This document shows, piece by piece, positions 31,301 through 51,182 of a DNA stretch of 64,000 nucleotides (within the stretch, counting starts at the first letter, position 1; every line of letters begins with the position of its first letter). A model generated the notes under the pieces. The model made no database searches and was not told the DNA's origin. It worked only from the letters and a program-made list of their open reading frames with translations. A program made the translations under genes and the position numbers. The DNA is taken from contig NIVC01000415.1 in the NCBI GenBank assembly GCA_002269645.1, positions 556,771-620,770 of the forward strand, in the 5' to 3' direction. The stretch comes from Macrostomum lignano. Its lineage: Eukaryota.

Positions 31301-34300
31301 GAGACGAGAAAGTTAGAAATTAGAGACGAGAAAGTTAGAGATTAGAGATTGAGAAAGTTATAGATTAGAGATTGAGAAAGTTATAGATTAGAGACCGAGA
31401 AAGTTAAAGATTCGAGACCGAGAAAGTTAGAGAATAGAGACCGAGAAAGTTAGAGATTAGAGACCGAGAAAGTTAGAGAATAGAGACCGAGAAAGTTAGA
31501 GATTAGATACGAGAAAGTTAGAGATTAGAGACGAGAAAGTTAGAGAATAGAGACGAGAAAGTTAGAGATTAGAGACGAGAAAGTTAGAGAATAGAGACCG
31601 AGAAAGTTAGAGATTAGAGACGAGAAAGTTAGAGATTAGAGACGAGAAAGTTAGAGATTAGAGACGAGAAAGTTAGAGATTAGAGACGAGAAAGTTAGAA
31701 ATTAGAGACGAGAAAGTTAGAAATTAGAGACGAGAAAGTTAGAGATTAGAGACGAGAAAGTTAGAAATTAGAGACGAGAAAGTTAGAAATTAGAGACGAG
31801 AAAGTTAGAGATTAGAGATTGAGAAAGTTATAGATTAGAGATTGAGAAAGTTATAGATTAGAGACCGAGAAAGTTAAAGATTCGAGACCGAGAAAGTTAG
31901 AGAATAGAGACCGAGAAAGTTAGAGATTAGAGACCGAGAAAGTTAGAGAATAGAGACCGAGAAAGTTAGAGATTAGATACGAGAAAGTTAGAGATTAGAG
32001 ACGAGAAAGTTAGAGAATAGAGACGAGAAAGTTAGAGATTAGAGACGAGAAAGTTAGAGAATAGAGACCGAGAAAGTTAGAGATTAGAGACGAGAAAGTT
32101 AGAGATTAGAGACGAGAAAGTTAGAGATTAGAGACGAGAAAGTTAGAGAATAGAGACCGAGAAAGTTAGAGATTAGAGACGAGAAAGTTAGAGATTAGAG
32201 ACGAGAAAGTTAGAGATTAGAGACGAGAAAGTTAGAGATTAGAGACGAGAAAGTTAGAGATTAGAGACGAGAAAGTTAGAGATTAGAGACCGAGAAAGTT
32301 AGAGATTAGAGACGAGAAAGTTAGAGATTAGAGACGAGAAAGTTAGAGATTAAAGACGAGAAAGTTAGAGATTAGAGACGAGAAAGTTAGAGATTAGAGA
32401 CGAGAAAGTTAGAGATTAGAGACGAGAAAGTTAGAGATTAGAGACGAGAAAGTTAGAGATTAGAGACGAGAAAGTTAGAGATTAGAGACGAGAAAGTTAG
32501 AGATTTTTTGTCTAAATACGGATTATCTTTCTTGATATCTTTCGATCTCGAAAAAATCGCAAACACTGGTCAGGTGCTGAGCCCGAATTCCCGCTGGCCC
32601 AAGGCGCTGCTGCTGGCATCGCGCAGTCTGCACAAAGACCCATGGCGCGACAAGCCGGTCCTGTCGGCGCCAGAAGAGGACGCGGTGCGCCATCTGTACA
32701 ATCCGCACCGCCGGGAGTGGGTCCAGGATCGGGTCCGGGTTCGAATCGAGACAGAAGCCTTCGATCAGGGCGCTATGCGGCAGTGCTTCCGGTTGAAGAA
32801 GCTGCCGAGGATTAGCCGAATGGATAATTGGACCACTTCCGCTTGTAACTATGTGGCTAAAAAGTACATCGAAGAGGTGGACAACAGCGTGTACTTTGAG
32901 GATGTCCGGCTGCAGATGAACGCCAAGCTGTGGGCCCAGGAGTACAACAGGCACCAGCCGCCTAAGAAGGTCAGTTTTATTTTTGTTTGCTAATGTTTTC
33001 CACTTACTACTGCTCTAAGTAGTGGCTTTTGGCTTGTACAAAGTCTAGTGATCAGAAGTTTACCTTGTGATATCATGTGGCATTGGTGTATCATGCAATA
33101 ACAGTGGGGATCATTTGACATCGGTGTGTCATGTAATAACAGTGGGGATCATTTGACATCGGTGTGTCATGTAATAACAGTGGGAATCATTTGACATTCG
33201 TGTATCATGTACTAACCTTCGGGTCATGTCACATCAGTACATTATTTAATAGCCTTGGGGATCATGTAATAGCCTTGGGGATCATGTAATCTTACAATAG
33301 TAAGACATTTTAATCGAGCAACTCTAAAGACGCGTGACTCATACCCCCAAATCCAGGTGGACATCATGCAGATGTCGGTGATCGAGTTCATCAACCGGCC
33401 TGGCGCCCCAATGTACCACCTGGAGCACTACATCGAGGGCGAGTACATCAAGTACAACAGCAACAGCGGCTTCGTTGACGAGAAACTGCGCCAGACTCCG
33501 CACGCGCTGAGCCATTTCACATTCGAGCGCAGCGGTCACCAGCTCATCGTGGTGGACATTCAAGGAGTTGACGATATCTACACCGATCCGCAGATCCACA
33601 CGGCTGGCGGCACCGAATTCGGCGACGGCAATCTGGGCGTCCGCGGCATGGCGCTGTTCTTTCAGTCGCACACCTGCAACGACATCTGCCGGCGGATGGG
33701 CCTGTCGCAGTTCGATCTGGCCCCGACTGAGGTGGCCAATGCGCCCGCCACTCCGGTGCGATTTTCTTGCTTGCTGCATTGGGTTAGAGCAGGGTGAGAT
33801 TTGGTTAGAGTAGGGTGAGATTTGGTTAGAGTAGGGTGAGATTGGGTTAGAGTAGGGTGAGATTGGGTTAGAGTAGGGTGAGATTGGGTTAGAGTAGGGT
33901 GAGATTGGGTTAGAGTAAGGTGAGATTTGATTAGAGTAGGGTGAGATTGGCTTAGAGTAGGGTTAGATTTGATTAGAGTAGGGTGAGATTGGGTTAGAGT
34001 AAGGTGAAATTAGATTATGTAGATTAAGATTAGATTAGGTAGAGTAAAATTAGATTATGGTAGGGTGAGATTCGATTAGGGTAAGGGTGAGATTAGATTA
34101 GGGTAGTGTGAGATTAACTAAATATAAGATTAGAATTAAGCAAAATGCAATTATATTTAAGCATGAAGAAAGTAAATTATTTTTCTTAGATAATGAGATA
34201 AATTGATGTAGAGTAAAAATAGATAGGGGTGGCATGTTGCGATCAGCAAGTATAAAAGCAGTTCCCCTGCAACCCACTCACTCCTCTTCTTCGCAGACTT

Positions 34301-34526
34301 CGGCGGAGACCTGTATTAGAGCGGACATCTTCACCATCGGCAGTCCGCCGCCAATCGCATCCCCCGTGTCGAACAGCGTCTTCGACTCCGGCTGCAGCAC
34401 CGACGAGGACCAGCAGCCAGCTGGCGGCGCCGCAACTTGGACTCCGCTGCGCCGGCGCAGGAACACCTCCGGGGAGCTGACGCCTGTGAGTGCCTGTCTG
34501 TCTGTCTGTCTGTGTGTCTGCCTGCC

Positions 34527-34583
<57 letters not shown>

Positions 34584-34586
34584 GCC

Positions 34587-34627
<41 letters not shown>

Positions 34628-34659
34628 GACTGTCTGTCTGTCTGTCTGTCTGTCTGTCT

Positions 34660-34690
<31 letters not shown>

Positions 34691-37251
34691 TCTGTCTGTC
34701 TGTCTTCTGTCTGTCTGTCTGTCTGTCTGTCTGTCACTCAGCCATCAAGAATCCGCGCTCTGCCGCCACCCCGCAGGAAGAGGAGCTGCTGGCTCTGTCC
34801 CTGGCCCTGAACCGTCGCCAGCGCCCCTCCTGCGTCCAGGGCGTGCTGGCCGGCGGCCGGCGTCAGCAGCAGAAGCTTCAGCAGCAGCTGTCCTGGGGCC
34901 GGTCCCGCTCAGACAGCGGCGAGAACAGCGACAGTTGCTCTGGCGCGGGCTGCTCCAGCGCCTGCTGCCTGCCCGGCCTGCCCGAAGTCCGCGTCGTTGG
35001 CCCCATCCTGGGCCGCGTGCACCACGAATTGGTCCGTCTGCACGAGTCCGGCCGCTTTGCCAACTCGGAAGGCGCCGTTGACTGGTCCGCGGCCCTCTAT
35101 CATGAGCAGATCTCCGCTGAGCTGGGCGTGGTTGAGGCTGCGGCTAACCTGGCCAGGCTGCACCTGGGCATGCCGGCTGACTGTCTGCAGGATATGCCGC
35201 GAGATTTGCTGCAGGTTGGGACTTTGTTATTTATTTTATTGATTTTTTATTACTCCATCGACGACTCCAGAGCTAATAGGCTGCCTCTTAAAAAAGAATC
35301 ACACAAGTTCTAATTAGAAAATCGCCCCTAGACACCGTAAGAATCGCCCCATACACTGAAAGAATCGCCCCAGACACTGAAAGAATCGCCCCCAGACACT
35401 GAAAGGATCACATCAGACACTGAAAGAATCGCCCCAGACACTAAAAGAATCGCCCCCAGACACTGAAAGAATCGCCCAGGCACTGAAAGAATCGCCCAGG
35501 CACTGAAAGAATCGCCCCAGACACTGAGAGAATCGCCTCAGACACTGAAAGAATCGCCCCAGACACTAAAAGAATCGCCCCAGACACTGAAAGAATCGCC
35601 CCCAGACACTGAAAGGATCACCCAGACACTAAAAGAATCGCCCCCAGACACTAAAGAATCGCCCCAGACACTAAAAGAATCGCCCCCAGACACTGAAAGA
35701 ATCGCCCCAGACACTGAAAGAATCGCCCCCCAGACACTGAAAGAATCGCCCCCAGACACTGAAAGGATCACCTCAGACACTGAAAGAATCGCCCCCAGAC
35801 ACTGAAAGGATCACCCCAGACACTAAAAGAATCGCCCCAGACACTAAAGAATCGCCCCAGACACTAAAAGAATCGCCCCCAGACACTAAAGAATCGCCCC
35901 CAGACACTAAAAGAATCGCCCCCAGACACTGAAAGAATCGCCCCCAGACACTGAAAGAATCGCCCCCAGACACTGAAAGAATCGCCCCCAGACACTGAAA
36001 GAATCGCCCCAGACACTGAAAGAATCGCCCCCAGACACTGAAAGAATCGCCCCCAGACACTAAAAAAATCGCCCCCAGACACTAAAGAATCGCCCCCAGA
36101 CACTGAAAGGATCACCTCAGACACTGAAAGAATCGCCCCCAGACACTGAAAGGATCACCCCAGACACTAAAAGAATCGCCCCAGACACTAAAGAATCGCC
36201 CCCAGACACTAAAAGAATCGCCCCCAGACACTGAAAGAATCGCCCCCAGACACTGAAAGAATCGCCCCCAGACACTGAAAGAATCGCCCCCAGACACTGA
36301 AAGAATCGCCCCCCAGACACTGAAAGAATCGCCCCCAGACACTAAAAGAATCGCCCCTAGACACTGAAAGGATCACCTCAGACACTAAAAGAATCGCCCC
36401 CAGACACTGAAAGGATCACCCCAGACACTAAAAGAATCGCCCCCAGACACTAAAGAATCGCCCCCAGACACTAAAAGAATCGCCCCCAGACACTGAAAGA
36501 ATCGCCCCCAGACACTGAAAGAATCGCCCCCAGACACTGAAAGAATCGCCCCCAGACACTGAAAGAATCGCCCCCAGACACTGAAAGAATCGCCCCAGAC
36601 ACTAAAAGAATCGCCCCCAGACACTGAAAGAATCGCCCCCAGACACTGAAAGAATCGCCCCCAGACACTAAAAGAATCGCCCCCAGACACTAAAAGAATC
36701 GCCCCCAGACACTGAAAGAATCGCCCCCAGACACTGAAAGAATCGCCCCCAGACACTGAAAGAATCGCCCCCAGACACTGAAAGAATCGCCCCAGACACT
36801 AAAGAATCGCCCCTCATTCCTTTACCACCTGCAGCCCAGCCCCACCTTCGGTCTCGCCTACCTGGAATCGGCGGCCCGCCTTGGCGACCGTCCGGCCATG
36901 CTGCAGCTGGCCAGGGCCAACGATCTCGGCCACGAAGGCCTGCCGGACAACGCCGGCCAGCCCAACTGGGACAAGGCGGCTCACTATTATCAGCAGGCCC
37001 TGGCCATGTGCGGACAGGCAGACCGCGAAGGCGGCTACGACAGCCTGGACACGCCCAGCTACGCTTTGAAGGCCCGTCTGGCCGAGCTGTACCTGGCCGG
37101 CGGCCACGGCTTGGACGCCGATCCCGCTGCCAGCGTCGACCTGTACGGCGAGGCTGCCGAAGACGCCATGGCTCAGGGCAACGGCAAGCTGGCTACTAAA
37201 TACTATGCCCTGGCTGAGGAGGCTGCGGCTCTCGTGCCTGACGATGAATAG
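28343..37251 (+). CDS. EEF2K: Eukaryotic elongation factor 2 kinase (alpha-kinase domain plus Sel1-like C-terminal repeats), ~820 aa, 7 coding exons
   Basis: Exons 28343-28741, 30234-30458, 32574-32969, 33357-33755, 34297-34485, 34777-35214 and 36835-37251, all phase 0. Motifs [77 protein letters not shown] match eEF2K. Confidence 0.96.
28820..30170. repeat. 24-bp minisatellite CTCCTGAATCTTCAGG(T/C)TCCCCT in eEF2K intron 1
   Basis: ~56 units. Confidence 0.97.
30515..32505. repeat. 22-23-bp purine-rich minisatellite GAGACGAGAAAGTTAGAGATTA in eEF2K intron 2
   Basis: ~2 kb with internal higher-order duplications. Confidence 0.97.
33780..34130. repeat. 21-bp minisatellite GGTGAGATTGGGTTAGAGTAG in eEF2K intron 4
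   Basis: Read directly from the sequence. Confidence 0.93.
34490..34733. repeat. (TCTG)n microsatellite in eEF2K intron 5
   Basis: Read directly from the sequence. Confidence 0.98.
35330..36815. repeat. 22-bp minisatellite AAAGAATCGCCCCCAGACACTG in eEF2K intron 6
   Basis: Read directly from the sequence. Confidence 0.97.
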
Positions 37252-37454
37252 GGCGATGTTCATTTTTATGTAAATTAATTTTAATACTTAATTAACGATA
37301 ATCGATAATCAAAGTATTATCGGTACTTATCTTTAATCGACATTTCATCTTTATCCTAAGTAAGATCAATTTTTTGGAAATATCGATAATCGATACTTAT
37401 CGTTAATTGATATTTAATGCTAACTTTAAGTATTCTTAGAATTAACGATTATCG

Positions 37455-37700
37455 CTACTGGATCGTCATCTATTTTTGGGTTCCTAATAATTATCGATTA
37501 TTATCGTTATTCGATACTGGATCCTCGGCTAATTTTTGGGTCTTAACAATTATCGATATTTATCGTTAATCAATACAGTACTGGATCGTCAGCTAATTTT
37601 TAGTCTACATAATTATCGATAATTATCGTTAATAAATACTGGATCCTTAGCTAATTGTTGGTCTTAATAATTATCGAATATTATCGTTAATCGATTGTCA
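37455..37700. repeat. Diverged ~58-bp tandem repeat (x4) rich in ATCGAT palindromes, downstream of the eEF2K stop
   Basis: Recurring CTGGATC...AATTTTT...AATTATCGA...TTATCGTTA. Confidence 0.75.
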
Positions 37701-38409
37701 ATATTTCATACATAAATAGTTTATGAATGTATTGGAATAACTTTTTAACTTTGCTTTTTTCGGTAATTGTTACACAAAGTAAAATATTTGTTAAAAATTT
37801 GATTATTACTCTAAAGACAATACCCAAGTGTCAGTCGAACTCATAAATTTATATGCAAAAACCTAAAAAACTATATACCTAAACACAGGACATGTTAGTT
37901 TAGAATAAAACGTCTTTTTGTGTATAATTCAGCACTTCTCTCACTTAAGCGTCACAGGCGTTTCAAATTAATTTTGAGGCCATATTTTCAGTCATTTAAT
38001 TAGTTAATTTTATCATTATCTTTACTTTAAAAAAACAGTCGTAAAATTTCAACCTCTAAGCCAGTTCGATAAAGTCTGCGTTTAATATTTCTTTTCTAGC
38101 TTAGTGTTCATCACTTTATATTAAATTTTTCTACCTAGTTTTTGTATTGTTTTCCATTTAATTATTTTTTATTACTTATTACTGCTTAACTTGCGCGTGT
38201 AAACTCTTGTAAGCTTTAGTTATTTTCTAGACGGATAAGCTTTCGTAGCATCATTGTTTACAAGTACAGTAGTCGGTTTCATCTTTATTCTGTAATTATA
38301 AGTTTGAAAAAAAAATCATCTCTTTTTTCATTCTTGATATTCCCATTCTAAAATAAAACATTGTGCTGACTGGAATCAAATTTTCAATGTAGTAACGTAC
38401 TCACGTACT

Positions 38410-38685
38410 CATTCACTACCCCCGATGTACACACGGTCACTGCCAACCTCAATCCCTATACCCCCCCAATGAACACTCGGTCTCTGTCAACCTCAATCCC
38501 TACCCCCCCAATGTACACACGGTCACTGCCAACCTCAATCCCTACCCCCCAATGTACACACAGTCACTGCCAACCTCAATCCCTACCCCCAATGTACACA
38601 CGGTCACTGCCAACCTCAATCCCTACCCCCCAATGAACACTCGGTCTCTACCAACCTCAATCCCTACCCCCCAATGTACACACGG
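38410..38685. repeat. ~37-bp minisatellite AATGTACACACGGTCACTGCCAACCTCAATCCCTACCCCC
   Basis: Read directly from the sequence. Confidence 0.93.
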
Positions 38686-40109
38686 TTTAACTCTTTAAGA
38701 TCCTTAACTGACTTGTGAAGCATGCAAATTTTCTATTTCATAAAAATAAATTCCATTTCATCTTTTTTGTAAAGAAGCATAGGAAAAAAATTAATTTACC
38801 ATACTATTGTTCCAACTGCCTACTGGAAAGCTGGTCTTGCAGTAAATATTTTTGCATATTTTTGTAACTTTACTTCTCATTTGATTTTCGACTATAATTG
38901 GTTGATAAGCATCCGTGCGCTTCTCTCATCCTTTTTCTCCCTCTATTGGCCAGTGGTTTTTTACATTATTTTTTGTTTTAATCTATTTATCTCCGGTGTT
39001 AAAAAACTTTACAAAAAGCAAAAAATAACACAATATGCCATATGTGTCCCACATTGCTTTCATTGCTTTCTTATTAAACCGTTTTTTGTGGTACTTGTTG
39101 TCCTTTCACACCACTGTAAGTAGTCGGCAAGCTCAAACGGTCATGGACTGTTAATTTTTTTCGATTTTTTCAATTACGATAATTATTATCATTATTAATA
39201 AATTGACATTTTCTCAGTCTGCTGCGCTACGAGTAAACTTCACCCCGTGTCAGCATCATCTGTTTGAGGGGTCCTCGGGTCCTTTGAAACTTTACAATAG
39301 CAATCCGGCCCGCTCAGGGTTTGTCTCTTCTCTCCCTTCATCTCTCCTCTCTTCCCTCTCCCCTCTTCTCTATTCTATCCACTTCTCTCTCCCCTTCTTC
39401 TCTCCCTTCTATTCTCTCGTCTTTCTCCTCGAATCTCTTCTAATCCCATATCTCATCTCCTCTTCCCCCCTCTCTCTCCTCTATTCCCTTTTATTTCCTC
39501 TCACCTGGGCCGCAGTAATGAGGTGGATTCTTTATCTGGCCATTGAGATGAACAAGTTCTCCGACCCCTGCTGCATACTTACTCGCTACTATGAGTAATA
39601 GTATATGAAAGGTCATTTGTAAATTTCATCAACTGGTAAGAATCTTGGTTTGTTTGTGTCATATTTTTTGTTAATGCTGCATTCGTTCTCCCGCGCGTTT
39701 ATTGGTTATTCAAATTCAAATTCTTATTATTTTTAAAAACAAACCTGGTCTTTGTTTTCGCTTAAGCAGCTTTGAATTTCTGCTAACTACTTATAGTACT
39801 ATTAATTGTTCGCATACTACTATTTCTGTGATTCCTCGTGCGTGTTTTTATGTTACAAAACTACTGCCAACAACAAAATTGGCAAAAAAGCAAAATAAAA
39901 ACTAATACATTTGATAAAATAAAACAAAAAATAAAAAATGCAATTTATTTAATTCGTCACCGAATTCTCGCTGCAAATATCGCTACGTCCGTTTATTTGT
40001 CTATTAAATTTTACATGTTGGCTTTGCAAATGTTTATTTTATTTGAACTATCAAAACTAATGAAATCTAATTTAAAAAATTCGCAAATCAACCTTCCCTG
40101 ACTAATTCG

Positions 40110-40915
40110 TTTCTGTCCCTGACCAATTCTCACCTGTCCTTGACCGATTCTCACCTGTCACTGACCGATTCTCACCTGTCACTGACCGATTCTCACCTGT
40201 CCTTGACCGATTCTCACCTGCCACTCACCGATTCTCACCTGTCCCTGACCGTCACCTATTCTCACCTGTCACTGACCGATTCTCACCTGTCCCTGACCGA
40301 TTCTCACCTGTCACTGACCGATTCTCACCTGTCCCTGACCGATTCTCACCTGTCACTGACCGATTCTCACCTCTCTCTGACCGATTCTCACCTGTCCCTG
40401 ACCGATTCTCACCTGTCCCTGACCAATTCTCACCTGTCTCTGACCGCATCTCACCAGTCACTGACCGATTCTCACCTGTTAATTAGGTTCTCACCTCACG
40501 ATTCTCACCGATTCTCACCAATCACTGACCGTCTTCGATTCTCACCAATCACTGACCGTCTTCGATTCTCACCAATCACTGACCGTCTTCGATTCTCACC
40601 AATCACTGACCGATTTTCACCAGTCACTGACCGATTCTCACCTGCCACTCACCGATTCTCACCTGTCCCTGACCGTCACCGATTCTCACCTGTCACTGAC
40701 CGATTCTCACCTGTCCCTGACCGATTCTCACCTGTCACTGACCGATTCTCACCTGTCACTGACCGATTCTCACCAGTCACTGACCGATTCTGACCTGTCT
40801 CTGACCGATTCTCACCTGTCCTTGACCGATTCTCACCTGCCACTCACCGATTCTCACCTGTCCCTGACCGATTCTCACCTGTCCCTGACCGATTCTCACC
40901 TGTCCCTGACCGATT
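40110..40915. repeat. 21-bp minisatellite CTGACCGATTCTCACCTGTC(C/A)
   Basis: TDSHLSL periodic ORF. Confidence 0.96.
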
Positions 40916-41373
40916 TTGCAATTTGTATACTTGGTGAATATTTTGCGCATTGCCAAGTTAGAATATGAACAATCAAATAAAAAATTGCATCAGTAATCTG
41001 TTTACAAGTGCAGCAGGCAGACTTATTTGCTAGATGGTCGGGTGCCAAGGTTGTTGTCAGCATCAAAAGAAAATTAATATCGCTCTTCCGGATATTTACA
41101 CGTATCTTAAGCTGCACATCTACAACAAGATGTCTCTCTCTCTCTCCCTCTACCCCCCTCTCTCTCTCTCTCTTGCGTCCCTGCAAAAGATTTTTCCGTT
41201 CCAAGAGGATTCTGCTGCTTGACTGTGTAGGGTCTGCTATCTGCCTCAAGGCATCTTCAATGCTTCAGTGTAAAACTGAAGTGTACATATTAGTATAAAG
41301 CTGAATTAGAAGTCCAATTATCCACAGAAACTTTGCTGTTATACGAAATTTCAAATTACAAGCTGCACTGACT

Positions 41374-48417
<7,044 letters not shown>

Positions 48418-48534
48418 CAAACTAACAGTTTGACTATGAGAAACGGAAAGAAAATCCTCGTAGCTAACTCGAGCTGTCACGCGGCACAGTGGCATAAAGC
48501 TAGCGTTTCCACTGAAGACTCAGTAGCACCCAGG

Positions 48535-49022
48535 GGCTTTAGCACCAGGGGCTTTAGCACCAGGGGCTTTAGCACCAGGGGCTTTAGCACCAGGGGCTTT
48601 AGCACCAGGGGCTTTAGCACCAGGGGCTTTAGCACCAGGGGCTTTAGCACCAGGGGCTTTAGCACCAAGGGGCTTTAGCACCAAGGGGCTTTAGCACCAG
48701 GGGCTTTAGCACCAGGGGCTTTAGCACCAGGGGCTTTAGCACCAGGGGCTTTAGCACCAGGGGCTTTAGCACCAGGGGCTTTAGCACCAAGGGGCTTTAG
48801 CACCAGGGGCTTTAGCACCAAGGGGCTTTAGCACCAGGGGCTTTAGCACCAGGGGCTTTAGCACCAGGGGCTTTAGCACCAGGGGCTTTAGCACCAGGGG
48901 CTTTAGCACCAAGGGGCTTTAGCACCAGGGGCTTTAGCACCCAGGGGCTTTAGCACCAGGGGCTTTAGCACCAGGGGCTTTAGCACCAGGGGCTTTAGCA
49001 CCAGGGGCTTTAGCACCAGGGG
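48535..49022. repeat. 15-bp minisatellite AGCACCAGGGGCTTT (~32 units); a short version lies at ~59826-59885
   Basis: Read directly from the sequence. Confidence 0.97.
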
Positions 49023-49579
49023 TGCTAGCAGATAAAACACAATTTGCATTGCTTAACTTCTGTGCTGTGTGACAGAGTGTGACCTATTGATTCTGTCATA
49101 TATTTTTTTTACATTTTACCCTCTTTTCCCCACATTCTTGTTCATTAAAGTTTTTTAAAAAGCAAAACAAATCCGCAAAACACTAAGAGATAAAAATCGA
49201 GAGCGTTCTACACTACTGAATCTGAGTAGGCCAGACTTATTTTCAGTGTATTTTGCTGCAAGCTTCGAACGTTACTTCAACGAGTGTAGATCCAAATATG
49301 CATACTGGATTGATAACATTAGTAAATTTTTAATATTTTTTGCGCGAACTGATTTTATACTTTAAATATTTACAAAAAATATTTTTTGTTGTCCCTGTGC
49401 TGTGCACATTATGCCAATAAAAATGTTTGCTTGATACATCAAAATCAATATTCAAATATGCACTAATAAATGGAATTCTACAAAAATAAATGGAATAATA
49501 ATAAATGGAACCGACAACATCTGGATATTGAAACCTTGATTGTACTTTTATTAAATAATAAAACTTTGGCACTACAGGT

Positions 49580-51182
49580 TTATGCTGTGACTATTGAAAG
49601 ATAGTCAGACTGGTTTGCTGCTGACTGACACAATTTAGATAACAGCCATAAAGTCATGCTAATGCAGCTCACTCCCATTAAGATGAAGATAAGGTATCGA
49701 AAGTCGCCATCAAAATATGCCACTGTGTCATTAGCGCTGGTGCTCCAATTTAGAGCATTCATCGCGTACTCAGATGCGTACTGAGGAGTCGACATCTCAA
49801 ACTGGATCGGTTCATTGGTCACAGTGTCGCTAATATTGCAGTGCTCAAAGCACAGCAATGAACTGGCAGTCTCCGGGAAGCTCAGCAGCGACAGCATCGG
49901 GCTGCTGCAGTTGCCGAACTCGATCACCGCTCTGCTTGACGCGGTCACTCTCAGAGACAGACACGGGCCTGTCACTCTGCGAGTCACTCTGAAAAGTCAT
50001 CCAATAGGACTTTATTACAATTAAATAATACATAAATCAACCTTACTTTAGTTTGAATCTCACCTGAATTCATCAAAGTCAGCTACAGGTAGCAGCTGAC
50101 AGCCGGTGTCAGTTCTGACTAAGGACAGCACTTTGGCATCGGTTGAGTTGAGAAACATACCGAGACGGACCGGCTGGCCCAGGCTCAGGGGCCGCCTGTA
50201 GGGGAACTCATTCAGCTTTGCATTGTCTGGAATATCCGAATGGATATAAATATAATTTTCATTAGGTTTTATAATGGATTAAGCTAAGTCAGGGTTGACT
50301 GTACTTGGTTGAGCTGTACTTAAGGTGACACGTAAGTCAAGGACGTGTGAAGGACGTGCGCGGACCCCCTCGCCCTTCCCATGGCTAAGATCCTAATCAA
50401 TGAACTCTTGTGACAGATAAATCACTAATGCTCAACATTATCACACTGCTCCACAGAGGAGGCTTAGCTGTTGCTGAGTATAGCATTGAGCTCAACTCAC
50501 TGGCAGCGATGAACTCGCTGATCTCAGACATGCTGGAGAAGCTGGCCAGCTGAGCATCGCCTCTGATGCTGGACATTGCGTCGGTTAAATTCTGTCTGAC
50601 CGCACTCAAAGCGTAGCAGCTGCCGTTATAGTTGAGCATGCCTCGACTGCAGACTCTAGGAAGTGGCATGGCAATCCTGAGCTTTTTCAGCTGCATTTTT
50701 TGCCGCCTAGGATTATAATTTGCTCTGACGGAGAAGAACTCTCTGTTGGGTTAAGGTGTGGCGAGGTAACAGCAAATTTGGTAATAATATAAGAACCCGG
50801 GTGAAATTGGCTCTATTCATGTTTTATGAACAAAAATTATTACATTTTATTCAGCGCAATCACACGCCACGTGCCAAAGCCTACAGCCTGGGAAGCATGA
50901 GCATTGATTCCCAGAATTTCCAGCGGTATCTCCGTTTGGTTAGCCGAGACAGAACTGTCCATTCCTGCGCTGCTAGGCACTCCTTCGAAGACAACCTGCT
51001 GCTGACTGGGTTTCGGCGATTTGAGCTTGACATTCCAGCGGCACCTCTTCGACTCCAGCAGCCTGCCGTGCTCGGTCTCGTCAGGCAGCCAGGGAATTAT
51101 GGTCTCGTCCCGGTGATGGAAGTCGTCCATTTCTAGGCGTAGCGTGTGCCGGTTCACGCAGTAGTGATTGGCTGAGTTGGTT
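49580..51182 (-). CDS. Degenerate C-type-lectin-like transmembrane protein, paralogue 1 (at least 4 exons; 5' end not identified)
   Basis: Approximate exons 51182-50865 (NHYC...CRWNVKL), 50690-50446 (CSRGMLNYNGSCY..LASFSSMSEISEFI), 50230-50053 (EFPYRRPLSLGQPVRLG..GCQL) and 49990-49580 (PCLSL..GNCSSPML..TM YLIFILMGVSCISMTLWLL). Confidence 0.6.
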
